64,000 bases of DNA, taken from assembly GCA_965218425.1 (NCBI GenBank), contig OZ244621.1, positions 384,001-448,000 on the forward strand, in the 5' to 3' direction. The notes beneath the pieces were generated by a model. That model saw only the letters and a list, made by a program, of their open reading frames with translations. It made no database searches and was not told where the DNA came from. The DNA is from an uncultured Candidatus Binatia bacterium (GTDB lineage Bacteria; Desulfobacterota; Binatia; UBA9968; CAXXLF01). Shown here one piece after another: positions 40,156 to 50,244 of the stretch (positions are counted from its first letter, which is position 1; each line of letters begins with the position of its first letter). Both the position numbers and the translations under genes were made by a program.

Positions 40156-40306
40156 ATGGGCCGCCCTGCTGCCGACCGCATCTTGCAAACTGGTTGGGAA
40201 AGCTGCCCACTGGTATTTGCCAACTATTGACCAATCACCATGGACTCACTACAATCAACCATTCTCATTTGACTGGTCGTGACTGAACAATGGTCACGGC
40301 TCACCC

Positions 40307-42724
40307 ATGAATCTCTTTTCTCCATTGCTCCGCCCGCTCTTCTGGTACTGGTCACGTCAAGCGAGACCCCAGTTTAAAGGGACCACCCCCATGCCGGGGT
40401 TGACTGAACAGGTCAGGGTTCGTTGGGATTCCTTTGCGGTCCCACATGTATTTGCAGGTAACGAACAGGATCTCTTTATGGCCCAGGGGTACCTCCATGC
40501 CCAGGAGAGACTCTGGCAGATGGATTTAACCCGCCGTTTTCACTGTGGCCGCACGGCAGAGGTGTTTGGTGAGAGAATCGTACCCTGGGAAGAAATTACA
40601 GTGCGGATCAAGGATAAGACCACAGCGGACTTAGACCGTCTGATCCGTCTCATTGGGGTGCGTCGGTCCGCCTGCGACTCCGTCCGGCTCCTTCCGCAAC
40701 ACTCCTTGAGTCGAATCCAGGCCTACTGCGAGGGAGTCAATCGCTACATTGAGACTCATTTTAATCGTCTACCCTTGGAATTTCGCCTCCTTCGCTATCA
40801 CCCCGACCCCTGGCGACCGGAGGACTGTCTCACCCTTGAGAAGGGTTTTGCTATCCTCCTTTCCACGTCGCTGTTTACCCGCCTGGCGCTGACCGCCCTC
40901 GCGGACAAGTTCAAAGATCAGGAAGCAAAGTTGCGCTCCCTTTTTCCCTCCTACCCCGGCTGGGGAGCCAGCATCACCCGGTATAACCGTGAGAGCTTTT
41001 CAGAGACCGCACATGATCTGTTGCGCTTCATGGACGGCACTTTCTACAATAGCCAATGGAGTACCGCCGGCCAGGGAAGCAATAACTGGGCTGTTTCCCC
41101 TTGGAAGTCCTCAGAGGGAAGGCCCCTGCTGTGCAACGATCCACACCTGAGAATGACACTGCCGCCAACCTGGTACTTCATCCATTTGGAAACACAACCA
41201 GCCTCGGCAAACGCAGACGGTTATTGCGTCTGGGGAGCATCCATTCCCGGCTCTCCATGCATCCATCTCGGCCACAACCGCCGCATCGCTTGGGGAGCCA
41301 CTGCGGCCCTGTGCGACGACGCGGATCTGTATCGCGAAAAGCTCCACCCAAAGGAACCCAATCGCTACCTGGTGGGAGACCAGTGGAGGGAGATTGAACG
41401 TAGGGAAGAAACCTTTGCCATCAGGGGAGGCAAGGAGTTTAAAAAGTCTCTTCGCTTCACCCGCCATGGACCTATTTTAGACGATCTCTCGGAACATCTC
41501 GCCTCCCATGAGGCCATCGCCCTTAGATGGACGGCCCATGAGTTGAGTGAGGATTTCAGAGTCATCTACGGCGTCAACCGAGCGCGTAACTGGAACGATT
41601 TTCTGGAGAGCATCTGCTACCAGTGCTCTCCCACCCTTAACTACGTCTATGCGGACGTTGAAGGAAACATCGGCTACAGTTTGGCAGGGCAAGTTCCTTT
41701 GCGCTCCCACTCTCCCTCCCTCACGCCTTTACCAGGCTGGAGCGGGGAATTTGACTGGAAGGGACATATTGCCTTTCTGGAACTGCCGCGCCTTTACAAT
41801 CCACCGCACGGCATCATCGCCACGGCAAACAACTGTATTGCGGATAGCTCGTATCCTTATTACCTTTCAGCACTGTTCGATGCCCCCTATCGCATCGAGC
41901 GGATCAAGGAGCTCTTGCTGGCCAAGGAAAAACTCTCCCTCGACGACATGATGGGTATTCAAGCAGACGTGGTTTCCCTACAGGCCAAAAAGGTGATCCA
42001 TGTTCTCGAAACCGATCTCGACGAAATGGCACGCAAAGACGACTCGGTGGGGCAGTGCGTTCTAACGCTTAAACAATGGGACGGCGGCTGTCACGAACAG
42101 AGTACCGAGGCCGCCCTCTACCATGTCTTTTACCGACGTCTTATGGTGAATTTACTGGGACCGGAACTCGGCGAAGAACTGTTCCTCGCCTATAGCGAAA
42201 TATACAATCAGGCGCTGACCCCCACCGACGAGATCCTCAGTGATCCCAACTCTCCTTGGTTTGCCGCCAGCTCCCGCCAGTCCCTGGTGGAAAAGAGCTT
42301 TCGGGAGGCGTTGGCAGAACTGTCCGCACCCAAGGGAAATAATCGGGGGATTAGAAATTGGGGGAAAATTCACACTTTGACCATGGACCACGCCATGGGT
42401 CGTGTGGGGTTTCTCGCTCCATTCTTTTCAATTGGTCCCTTTCCAGCCTCAGGGAGTGGCGTCACGGTAAACAGCGGCTTTTATCGCCACTCCTTTCCCT
42501 ATCGGCAGGTGGTGGGGACCTCCCTCAGGATGGCGGTCACGGTGGGTGATTGGGAACGCGGTCGCTATATCCTTCCCTCGGGACAGTCGGGTCACCCCTT
42601 TTCAAAACATTATCGCGATCAGTTTGAGATGTGGCGCTCCGGGGACTACATCCAACTGGCCCACCCAGTGGAGGAGATGGAGAACTGGCCCAGCTTGACC
42701 CTAACTCCAGCGAATCCCAAATGA
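40307..42724 (+). CDS. Penicillin acylase family (peptidase S45) Ntn-hydrolase
   Basis: AQGYLHAQERLWQMD, GSNNWAV (nucleophile Ser), CNDPHL, TRHGP, ATANN, GQSGHP. Confidence 0.95.
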   Translation: MNLFSPLLRPLFWYWSRQARPQFKGTTPMPGLTEQVRVRWDSFAVPHVFAGNEQDLFMAQGYLHAQERLWQMDLTRRFHCGRTAEVFGERIVPWEEITVRIKDKTTADLDRLIRLIGVRRSACDSVRLLPQHSLSRIQAYCEGVNRYIETHFNRLPLEFRLLRYHPDPWRPEDCLTLEKGFAILLSTSLFTRLALTALADKFKDQEAKLRSLFPSYPGWGASITRYNRESFSETAHDLLRFMDGTFYNSQWSTAGQGSNNWAVSPWKSSEGRPLLCNDPHLRMTLPPTWYFIHLETQPASANADGYCVWGASIPGSPCIHLGHNRRIAWGATAALCDDADLYREKLHPKEPNRYLVGDQWREIERREETFAIRGGKEFKKSLRFTRHGPILDDLSEHLASHEAIALRWTAHELSEDFRVIYGVNRARNWNDFLESICYQCSPTLNYVYADVEGNIGYSLAGQVPLRSHSPSLTPLPGWSGEFDWKGHIAFLELPRLYNPPHGIIATANNCIADSSYPYYLSALFDAPYRIERIKELLLAKEKLSLDDMMGIQADVVSLQAKKVIHVLETDLDEMARKDDSVGQCVLTLKQWDGGCHEQSTEAALYHVFYRRLMVNLLGPELGEELFLAYSEIYNQALTPTDEILSDPNSPWFAASSRQSLVEKSFREALAELSAPKGNNRGIRNWGKIHTLTMDHAMGRVGFLAPFFSIGPFPASGSGVTVNSGFYRHSFPYRQVVGTSLRMAVTVGDWERGRYILPSGQSGHPFSKHYRDQFEMWRSGDYIQLAHPVEEMENWPSLTLTPANPK

Positions 42725-42805
42725 GCTTCCCCTTAGACCCCTTCCAATAAAATGTTCCACGAAAAGACTTCCATAGTGTTTTTACGCAAAGAGGGATGCG
42801 CTTGA

Positions 42806-43005
42806 AAATCCGAAATCCGAAGCTCCAAATCTCAAATAAAGAAGACACTTAAACCCGAATATCGAAATCCAAAACTCGAGTTTCTCAAGTTTGTTGTCTT
42901 GGTCATTTGGATTTGTTTGGATTTGTTTCGATTTTCGGATTTAAAGTTTCGAATTTTTAATTCTTTACTCATTTTTGCTCCCCTTTGCGCCTTTGCCGTG
43001 AAAAT
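42806..43005. repeat. 7-bp AAATCCG/AAATTCG arrays in inverted arrangement, plus CTTTGCG motif
   Basis: aaatccgaaatccgaagctccaaatctcaaa versus tttcgattttcggatttaaagtttcgaattt. Confidence 0.6.
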
Positions 43006-43049
43006 CTAATGGATTATCCAATGAGGATAAGATAGAAAATTAACCTGCC

Positions 43050-43916
43050 ATGCCCGCCGCCCTGTTCGCTCTTGGCACTGCGATTCTGTTCGCCATACAT
43101 AACGTCCTCATCAAGAAAGGTCTCGCCACGTCAAATTCAACTACGGCGGTCTTTATTACCATTGGAATCAATGCGGGCTTTTTATGGCTCTTTGCAATTC
43201 TGTTCACCCCCCTCCACTACCTGGCCACCTCCGCCGTGCTCATCTTCGTGGGGGTTGGCCTCTTTCAACCCGGTCTGACCCGCCTGCTCACCGTAAAAGG
43301 CATCGATACCCTCGGCGTAGCCATTGCCGACCCCATTCGAGCAAGCACTCCGCTGTTCAGCTCCTTGACGGCGATCCTCTTTCTGGGAGAACAAATGACC
43401 TTTGCCATATTCTGTGGCACCCTCCTCATCATCGTTGGCGTAACCGTGCTTTCACATCAAAAGAGCGCCGGCCGTCCTCTCCGCCTCCTTTATATATCTT
43501 ATCCGATACTGGCCTCCTTAATTGTGGGCCTTTCTCAGGTGGCAAGAAAGTTTGGCCTCGTCTTCATCCCACACCCGTTCCTTGCCGCCGCTGTAACCGC
43601 CACTTCGTCCTTTGCCGTGATTTCCTCTCTTCTTTGGTTTACTGGGAAACGGAAGGCCGGACTTCGCATTACCAGGCAATGCCTGCCTTTTTATGCCGCG
43701 GCAGGAGTCTCCATCAGCATGGCCATGGCTTCACTTTACTACGCCCTCTCCTTAGGTGAAGTGATCGTGGTGATTCCCGTTACCAGCGCCGGACCCTTCT
43801 TTGCCCTGACCCTGAGCGCTATATTCCTGAAGGATATCGAGCATGTAACTCTTAAAATCGTGCTGGGAGCTTGCCTTATCGTGATGGGTGTAATGCTGGT
43901 AACTCTTTGGAAATGA
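43050..43916 (+). CDS. EamA/DMT family transporter
   Basis: Ten TM segments in two repeats; PLFS...LFLGE; IFLKDIEHVT. Confidence 0.9.
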   Translation: MPAALFALGTAILFAIHNVLIKKGLATSNSTTAVFITIGINAGFLWLFAILFTPLHYLATSAVLIFVGVGLFQPGLTRLLTVKGIDTLGVAIADPIRASTPLFSSLTAILFLGEQMTFAIFCGTLLIIVGVTVLSHQKSAGRPLRLLYISYPILASLIVGLSQVARKFGLVFIPHPFLAAAVTATSSFAVISSLLWFTGKRKAGLRITRQCLPFYAAAGVSISMAMASLYYALSLGEVIVVIPVTSAGPFFALTLSAIFLKDIEHVTLKIVLGACLIVMGVMLVTLWK

Positions 43917-43944
43917 CCCCGCCCTTCCTGCCAAGGCGCGTTTC

Positions 43945-44597
43945 ATGATATATTATTTTGATGTACCTCCGTTTCTTTGGATTCCCCCAGTAGTTTTCCT
44001 TTTCCTTAGCGTAGTTATTCCTTCCGGGTCCGCTGACCTTTACCGCTGGGTGGATGAGCGCGGGGTGCTCCATTTCAGCGATAATGAGCGCAACATTCCG
44101 CCCCAATTTGAGGAAGATGTCAGTAAAATCAGAGGCTTGTCACCTTCCAGGCCCTCCAATAACCCAGCCTTTACCGGCCGTGCCGCGGTACCCCTCAAAA
44201 AGAAAGGCATAACAGCTGTAGTGGAGGCAAGGATCAATTCCACCACCACGGCCAACTTTATCCTGGATACCGGTGCATCCTACACGGTCATCTCTGAACA
44301 GGTTACCAAGGAACTAAAGATCGATCTGGAGAAAAAACACCCAAAAATCTGGCTGCAAACCCCCAATGGCATCATCGACTTCCCTTTGGTAACTCCGGAC
44401 TCCATCGAGGTGAGCGGCCTCAGGGTCGATGACCTAGGGGCGACAGTGCACGATTTTCAAAGGACACCAATATCACGGGACTCCTGGGACTCAATTTCTT
44501 AGGCAAGTTCCGTATAGACCTGGACACGGAGAAAGGTGTCCTGGTTTTGAAAAAAAGCAACCCTTCCACCTCTCTCCTCTCCTCAAAAGAACCCTGA
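43945..44597 (+). pseudogene. DUF4124 plus retropepsin-like (clan AA) aspartic protease, single-base frameshift
   Basis: DLYRWVDERGVLHFSD; FILDTGASYT; after the TTTT run near 44455 the shifted frame reads TGLLGLNFLGKFRIDLD; may be intact in vivo. Confidence 0.75.
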
Positions 44598-44734
44598 ACC
44601 ATGGAATAGGCCCGTCTACTGGGCGCGAAATATAAGAGTGCAAAATTTGCACTGATGTACTAACCTCCAACATCATATTTAGACTCCTTTTGTTCGGCCA
44701 TGGGCCGTTTTAATAAAAGGAAAGGGAGGAAGGT

Positions 44735-45604
44735 ATGCCTACAGCAAAGGAACGTCGTGGATCACTACGCCGGCTGATGAAACGTCCCACACTGATCGTG
44801 GCACCAAGCTCGTTCAATGCCTGGAGCGCCTGTCTGATCGAAGCCATAGGTTTTGAGGCTGTACATGTATCCGGCAGTTCAATAAGTCGTGCTCACGCCT
44901 ATTCGGACCTGGGCCTTCTCGGAATGTCGGAGATGGTTGCCGTTCACGAGCGCATCGTGGAGGCTACTACCCTTCCCATCCTGGGAGATGCCGAGGCGGG
45001 CTTTGGCGGAGCCATTCAAACGGCACGCACCGTTCGCGCCTACGAACGCGCCGGTGTGGCAGCCATCCACATAGAGGACGAGCAGTTCCCAAAAAATGCT
45101 GGAGCTGACCATGCCGTGCTGCCGGTGGCGGGCATGGTGGCAAAGCTCAAAGCGGCCCTTGACAGTCGTACCGATGGCGACTTTATAATCATCGCCCGCT
45201 CCAATGCCCGAGCCTGCGAGTCCCTGAGCCAGGTGATGGATCGTGTATCGGCCTATGCCGAGACCGGAGTGGACGCCCTCTGGCCTGGAGTCCGGCTAGA
45301 AGACGAATTGAAGCAATTGGCCCCCACCGTTCAACTTCCCATGGTGGGAGTCCCACCGCGACAAAACATGTCCCTCGATGCGTACGGCGGGTACGGGTTC
45401 AGAATAGGATGTATTCCAAGCATCCTGGGCCAAGCAGCCACGGTGGCCATGGCAGAGCTTTTGCAGTCCCTCAAACAAACCGGTTCGGAAGAGGAGTACT
45501 GGAGGGCACGACCCGATACCCAACAGTGGCGGCAATGGTTCGGCAATTTAGGCAAGAAAGAGGAAGAAACAGTCACTCGAGTCGCTGGGACACCAACCAA
45601 ATAG
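44735..45604 (+). CDS. Isocitrate lyase/PEP mutase family enzyme
   Basis: GFEAVHVSGS, DLGLL, DAEAGFG, IHIEDE, IIARSNA; no KxCGH loop. Confidence 0.9.
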   Translation: MPTAKERRGSLRRLMKRPTLIVAPSSFNAWSACLIEAIGFEAVHVSGSSISRAHAYSDLGLLGMSEMVAVHERIVEATTLPILGDAEAGFGGAIQTARTVRAYERAGVAAIHIEDEQFPKNAGADHAVLPVAGMVAKLKAALDSRTDGDFIIIARSNARACESLSQVMDRVSAYAETGVDALWPGVRLEDELKQLAPTVQLPMVGVPPRQNMSLDAYGGYGFRIGCIPSILGQAATVAMAELLQSLKQTGSEEEYWRARPDTQQWRQWFGNLGKKEEETVTRVAGTPTK

Positions 45605-45614
45605 GTAAGACTTT

Positions 45615-45642
45615 GGGGAAAGGTTTGTTTATACCCTTCCCC
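45615..45642. terminator. Hairpin between convergent genes
   Basis: GGGGAAAGGT...ACCCTTCCCC imperfect stem. Confidence 0.35.
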
Positions 45643-45672
45643 GCAAAATTCTCAAACTCAAGGTGCCAGCTT

Positions 45673-48447
45673 TTAGGAACAACCGCTCACGGCACCGCAG
45701 TTCATGCATTTATAGCAAGCGCCGCTTCGAATCATGATAGCCCCGCAATCAGGACAGGACGGGGCGTCCTGCTGGTAAAGATCCGTAGGAACACTCAATA
45801 CCGGTCGGGGCGCGCCGCCTCGTGGGGTCTGCGCCGGTAAGGAGACCACCTTCTTGTTGACAGCCCCTTCTTCGTCCGGCTTAATAATACCAACCTCCCG
45901 CTGCACCTGCCCATCCAAGAATTTAGTGGCAAGCCATCGGAAGATATAATCCATAATCGACTTCGCCATGGGAATATTCGGGTTTTTGGTAAACCCCGAA
46001 GGCTCGAACCGGCTATGACTAAACTTGTCCACCAGGACCTTTAATGGAACACCGTATTGCAAGGCCATGGAGACGGCTGTAGCAAAGGAATCCATGAGAC
46101 CTGAGATGGTGGAACCTTCCTTTGACATGGTGACGAAGATCTCTCCCGGCTGGCCATCCTCGTATATGCCCACCGTGATATAACCCTCATGTCCGGCAAT
46201 ATCGAATTTATGAGTAATGGATTTTCTCTCATCGGGCAGCTTGCGCCGGTAGGCACGCGGCTCCGTGGATTCTTCCTTATGCGACTTGTCCTCTTCTTTG
46301 GACGTATTTAACGGCTGAGTCCATTTAGAGCCGTCACGGTAGATTGCCACTGCTTTGAGACCCAGGCGCCAGGCCTCGATGTACGCCTGAATGATGTCAT
46401 CCACGGTAGCTTCCGAAGGCATGTTGATGGTCTTTGAGATGGCACCGGAGATAAACGGTTGGGTGGCTCCCATCATCTTCACGTGCCCCATGCAGTGAAT
46501 GGACCGGCTGCCACTGGGCGATTTGAAGGCGCAATCGAAAACAGGAAGGTGCTCTTCTTTAATATGCGGCGCCCCCTCGATGGTCTCGTGATCATCGATG
46601 TACTCCACAATTTCCTGTACCTGCCTGGAGTCGTAGCCCATTCTCTTCAACGCTCTGGGCACCGTGTTATTGACCATCTTTAAAAGCCCGCCACCCACCA
46701 GCTTTTTGTACTTCACCAGGGCAATTTCAGGTTCCACGCCTGTAGTATCGCAATCCATCATGAAGGCAATGGTCCCTGTGGGCGCCAATACCGAGATTTG
46801 AGAGTTCCTCACCCCAGCCTTCTCGCCCTCCGCACAGACGCGGTCCCACACCTCCCTCGCCGCAGTCAACAGATCCAATGGGACATGAGACGGAGAAATC
46901 TTCCCCATATGATTACGGTGCTTATCCAGCACACGAAGCATGGGCTGGCGATTGACAGCGTAACCGCCGAAGGGTCCAATTTCCTGGGCCATACGAGCAG
47001 ACTGGAGATACCCCTCCCCGGTCATCAGAGCGGTTAAGGCTCCCGCATAGGCCCTGCCAGAGTCCGAGTCGTAGGGCAGGCCCAGAGACATAAGCAATGC
47101 GCCGAGGTTGGCGTACCCCAGCCCCAGCTCACGAAACTTGCCGGCGTTGGCGGTGATGGCCGGTGTTGGATACGAAGAGTTATCAACCAAGATGTCCTGC
47201 GCCAATATCATAATATCCACGGCACGACGGAACGCCTCGGCGTCGAACACTGCATCATCCCGGAGAAACGTTAGTAGATTCAGAGATGCGAGGTTACATG
47301 CGGAATCGTCCAGATGCATGTACTCGGAGCATGGATTTGAGGCATTGATTCGTCCGGTTCCTGAACAGGTGTGCCAATCGTTGATGGTGGTATCAAACTG
47401 CATGCCCGGGTCACCGCAGAGATAGGTCCCTTCGGCAATCATCCGCATCAAATCTTTGGCTTTGTAAGTTGCGCAGGTGGCTCCTGTGGTGACGAAACGG
47501 GTGCTCCAATCCTGGTCATTGAGCACGGCATTCATAAATTCGTCGGTCACGCGCACCGAATTGTTGGCGTTCTGGAAAAACACGCTCCCATAAGCCGGTC
47601 CATCCAGGCTGGAGTCGTAGCCCGCCTTGATCAAGGCCCATGCCTTCTTTTCCTCCCCCACTTTACAATTGATGAACTCCTCGATGTCGGGATGGTCGGC
47701 ATCGAGAATGACCATCTTTGCCGCGCGTCGGGTCTTTCCTCCCGATTTGATGACCCCTGCGGAGGCATCCGCCGCCTTCATAAAGGAGACAGGCCCCGAA
47801 GCCGTGCCACCACCTCCCAACTGCTCTTTGGAGGAACGAATCCGGGAAAGATTCACCCCTGAGCCCGACCCTCCCTTGAAAATGACCCCTTCCTGGCGAT
47901 ACCAACCGAGAATGGAATCCATGGTATCGTCAACTGACAGGATAAAGCAGGCAGAGCACTGCGGCTTCTCTTCGATGCCGCAGTTAAACCACACCGGGCT
48001 GTTAAAGCAGGCCCGTTGATTAAGGAGGAGAAAGGTTAGCTCATCAGAGAATGTTCGGGCGTCCTCTTCCGAGGCAAAGTATCCATCGGCCGTGCCCCAG
48101 GCAGTGATGGTATTCACTACCCTGCCGATAAGCTGCCGCGCACTGCGCTCCCGCCGCGGTGTACCCAAGGGACCACGGAAATACTTTGAGGACACCACAT
48201 TGGTGGCCATCTGTGACCAAAATTTAGGAACCTCCACATCGTTTTGCTCAAAAACCACATTCCCTTTGTCGTTCAATATGATGGCGGACCGAATTTCCCA
48301 CTCCACCTCACTATACGGGTCAACCCCCGCAGTGGTGAAATAACGCTCCAGACTAAGCCCATGGCGCACACCAACTGCACTGCCGTTTGTCTTCGCTGTT
48401 ACTTCCGCCAATGCTGTTTCCGCTATCTCAGTTGCTGTCGTAACCAT
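45673..48447 (-). CDS. nrdJ: Vitamin B12-dependent (class II) ribonucleotide reductase with C-terminal TSCPD domain
   Basis: FNSPVWFN, QCSACFI, ASNPCSE, APTGTI, SGAISKTIN, IYRDG; C-terminal CPDC...CMNCG. Confidence 0.96.
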   Translation of the reverse strand: MVTTATEIAETALAEVTAKTNGSAVGVRHGLSLERYFTTAGVDPYSEVEWEIRSAIILNDKGNVVFEQNDVEVPKFWSQMATNVVSSKYFRGPLGTPRRERSARQLIGRVVNTITAWGTADGYFASEEDARTFSDELTFLLLNQRACFNSPVWFNCGIEEKPQCSACFILSVDDTMDSILGWYRQEGVIFKGGSGSGVNLSRIRSSKEQLGGGGTASGPVSFMKAADASAGVIKSGGKTRRAAKMVILDADHPDIEEFINCKVGEEKKAWALIKAGYDSSLDGPAYGSVFFQNANNSVRVTDEFMNAVLNDQDWSTRFVTTGATCATYKAKDLMRMIAEGTYLCGDPGMQFDTTINDWHTCSGTGRINASNPCSEYMHLDDSACNLASLNLLTFLRDDAVFDAEAFRRAVDIMILAQDILVDNSSYPTPAITANAGKFRELGLGYANLGALLMSLGLPYDSDSGRAYAGALTALMTGEGYLQSARMAQEIGPFGGYAVNRQPMLRVLDKHRNHMGKISPSHVPLDLLTAAREVWDRVCAEGEKAGVRNSQISVLAPTGTIAFMMDCDTTGVEPEIALVKYKKLVGGGLLKMVNNTVPRALKRMGYDSRQVQEIVEYIDDHETIEGAPHIKEEHLPVFDCAFKSPSGSRSIHCMGHVKMMGATQPFISGAISKTINMPSEATVDDIIQAYIEAWRLGLKAVAIYRDGSKWTQPLNTSKEEDKSHKEESTEPRAYRRKLPDERKSITHKFDIAGHEGYITVGIYEDGQPGEIFVTMSKEGSTISGLMDSFATAVSMALQYGVPLKVLVDKFSHSRFEPSGFTKNPNIPMAKSIMDYIFRWLATKFLDGQVQREVGIIKPDEEGAVNKKVVSLPAQTPRGGAPRPVLSVPTDLYQQDAPSCPDCGAIMIRSGACYKCMNCGAVSGCS

Positions 48448-48478
48448 CTTTCCCTCTCTCCTCTCTAGTTTTTATCTA

Positions 48479-48525
48479 CCACCCCATATTGTGGAACACC
48501 TATTATGGGCCCCTATATATTGTGT
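48479..48525. promoter_or_regulatory. Tandem NrdR boxes overlapping the nrdJ sigma70 promoter
   Basis: CCACCCCATATTGTGG (48479) and CCCCTATATATTGTGT (48510), 31 bp apart; minus strand TTGACA-N18-CATAAT at 48502-48531. Confidence 0.8.
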
Positions 48526-48582
48526 TGTCAAGAAATAATTTAAGGTATATCCTTTTCTGCACGCATCGTTGAGCCCCACCAG

Positions 48583-49032
48583 ATGGAAAAGCTAGCAGAA
48601 ATACTAGAAAAATCCCTCAAGCGATTGGATCAGGGCGGTCGCCTCACCGAGCATGGGGTGTGGCCCATCTGGAACGAAACGGTGGGCATCACCATCGCCC
48701 GTAATGCCCAGCCGGAGAAGATCCGCAATGGCACACTTTTTGTAACGGTCTCCGGCTCCATATGGATGCAGCAGCTCCAATATATGAAAGAGATGATCGC
48801 CGACAAGCTGAATCAGCGCCTCGGTAAACAGGTGGTCAAGAACATCTTCTTCGTGGTGGGTAGAGTCAACTACGAAGAGGCTCAAAGCACCGCTCTACCC
48901 AGGCCTTCTCAACCTTCATCTGTTCCAGTCAAAAAGCTGGACGATGAAGTCCTTCACTCCATCAACGATCCGGCCCTCCGCCAATCCCTGCAGCGGCTTC
49001 ACGACGCCGTGTCACGCCGGCGTAGCCCCTAA
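48583..49032 (+). CDS. DUF721/DciA family protein
   Basis: WNETVGITIARNAQP, GTLFVTV..SIWMQQL, KLNQRLG. Confidence 0.88.
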   Translation: MEKLAEILEKSLKRLDQGGRLTEHGVWPIWNETVGITIARNAQPEKIRNGTLFVTVSGSIWMQQLQYMKEMIADKLNQRLGKQVVKNIFFVVGRVNYEEAQSTALPRPSQPSSVPVKKLDDEVLHSINDPALRQSLQRLHDAVSRRRSP

Positions 49033-49199
49033 AATCCCATTCGTTCCCGGCTAATTTAGGTGGCATACGGGGGCTCCCACCAACATTATCGTGGGTCAGC
49101 CGTGGTGAACGTTTGTAAGCTAAAGGCTTACCGCTCCATAGTCAATAAAAATCCGTAGCGGCACGCAGATAATCTCAAACAGTGAGTAGCAAGCAGTTA

Positions 49200-49272
49200 G
49201 CAGAGGTGGGACACCAGGCGTCGGAAGTCGGAGGTCAGTCGTATCACCGGTCTCCGATCTCTGACTTCTGAC
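49200..49272. repeat. TCAGAGG hairpin cassette repeat
   Basis: ccaggcgtcggaagtcggaggtcagtcgtatcaccggtctccgatctctgacttctgac, similar to 32897-32962. Confidence 0.65.
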
Positions 49273-49912
49273 CCCCCACCCACTACGGCCTCACGCCCAA
49301 CATAGCGCTCACCTCTCCTGTGTACTGCTTCCCTTTGGAATATATAACCAGGGGTGCTATGACTTTAAGATCACTCTTGGCCCCTTTGACTCCCTCCACC
49401 AGGACCAGTGTTGCCGGGTCACCCGCAAAGGAGTGAACAAATCTCACCCGTTTGGGCTCCAATCCTTCATCTCTCATACCCACCATTAGGTCATTTGCGC
49501 GTGTGGCGGGATAAACCAGGGCCATCTTACCCCCTGACGCAACAAATGGGCACCCCCACGAAGAAAGTCGCCTAAAGAAGCCTTGACCTCATGGCGGGCG
49601 ATATACCGCTCCGGGTCGGGGTTCACCCGGCCGCTGTTCAGCTTCCGATAAGGAGGATTCGAAACCACAGTGTCATATTCACGTGGGCTAAACTGTCCCT
49701 CAACCGAGCGTACATCCCCCTGGAGTACCTCCACCCTATCCGTCAGGTCATTTATGGCGACGCTTCTTAGTGCCCTTTGGACCATGGACCTCTGTAATTC
49801 CAGGCCCGTCACTCGGACCGAAGGGTGCAGGGAGGCCAGAAGTAGGGGTATGAGGTAGCCCAGGTTTGACGGACACCTAAAAAGGGGACAAGATCCCCGC
49901 AGGAGGTGTTCG

Positions 49913-50203
49913 ATGGGCAAGCGAAGGCGTTTCACCCAAGAGTTTAAGTTGGAAGCTGTTCGACTGCTGGAGGCGGGCGCTCGGCCAGCAGCGGAGATTG
50001 CACGGGAACTGGGAGTACCTCGCAATCGACTGTACAAGTGGCAGGAGCAAGTGACGAGGAAAGGGGCGGCTGCGTTTCCCGGCACAGGTCGAGGTAGAGA
50101 CAACGATGAGGTAGCACGGTTAAGGCGAGAGCTGGAGCGGGTAACGGAACAACGAGATATATTAAAAAAGGCCGCAGCGTACTTTGCCAAGGAGCTCAAG
50201 TAA
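49913..50203 (+). CDS. IS3 transposase OrfA
   Basis: FTQEFKLEAV HTH region, ILKKAAAYFAKE. Confidence 0.93.
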   Translation: MGKRRRFTQEFKLEAVRLLEAGARPAAEIARELGVPRNRLYKWQEQVTRKGAAAFPGTGRGRDNDEVARLRRELERVTEQRDILKKAAAYFAKELK

Positions 50204-50244
50204 AGTACGCGTTTATACGAGCTCACAGGACAGAGTTTAGGGTA

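Noticed and set aside
21772..49272. Possible CRISPR array among the intergenic repeats
   Set aside because: No identical repeats separated by unique constant-length spacers, and no cas genes.
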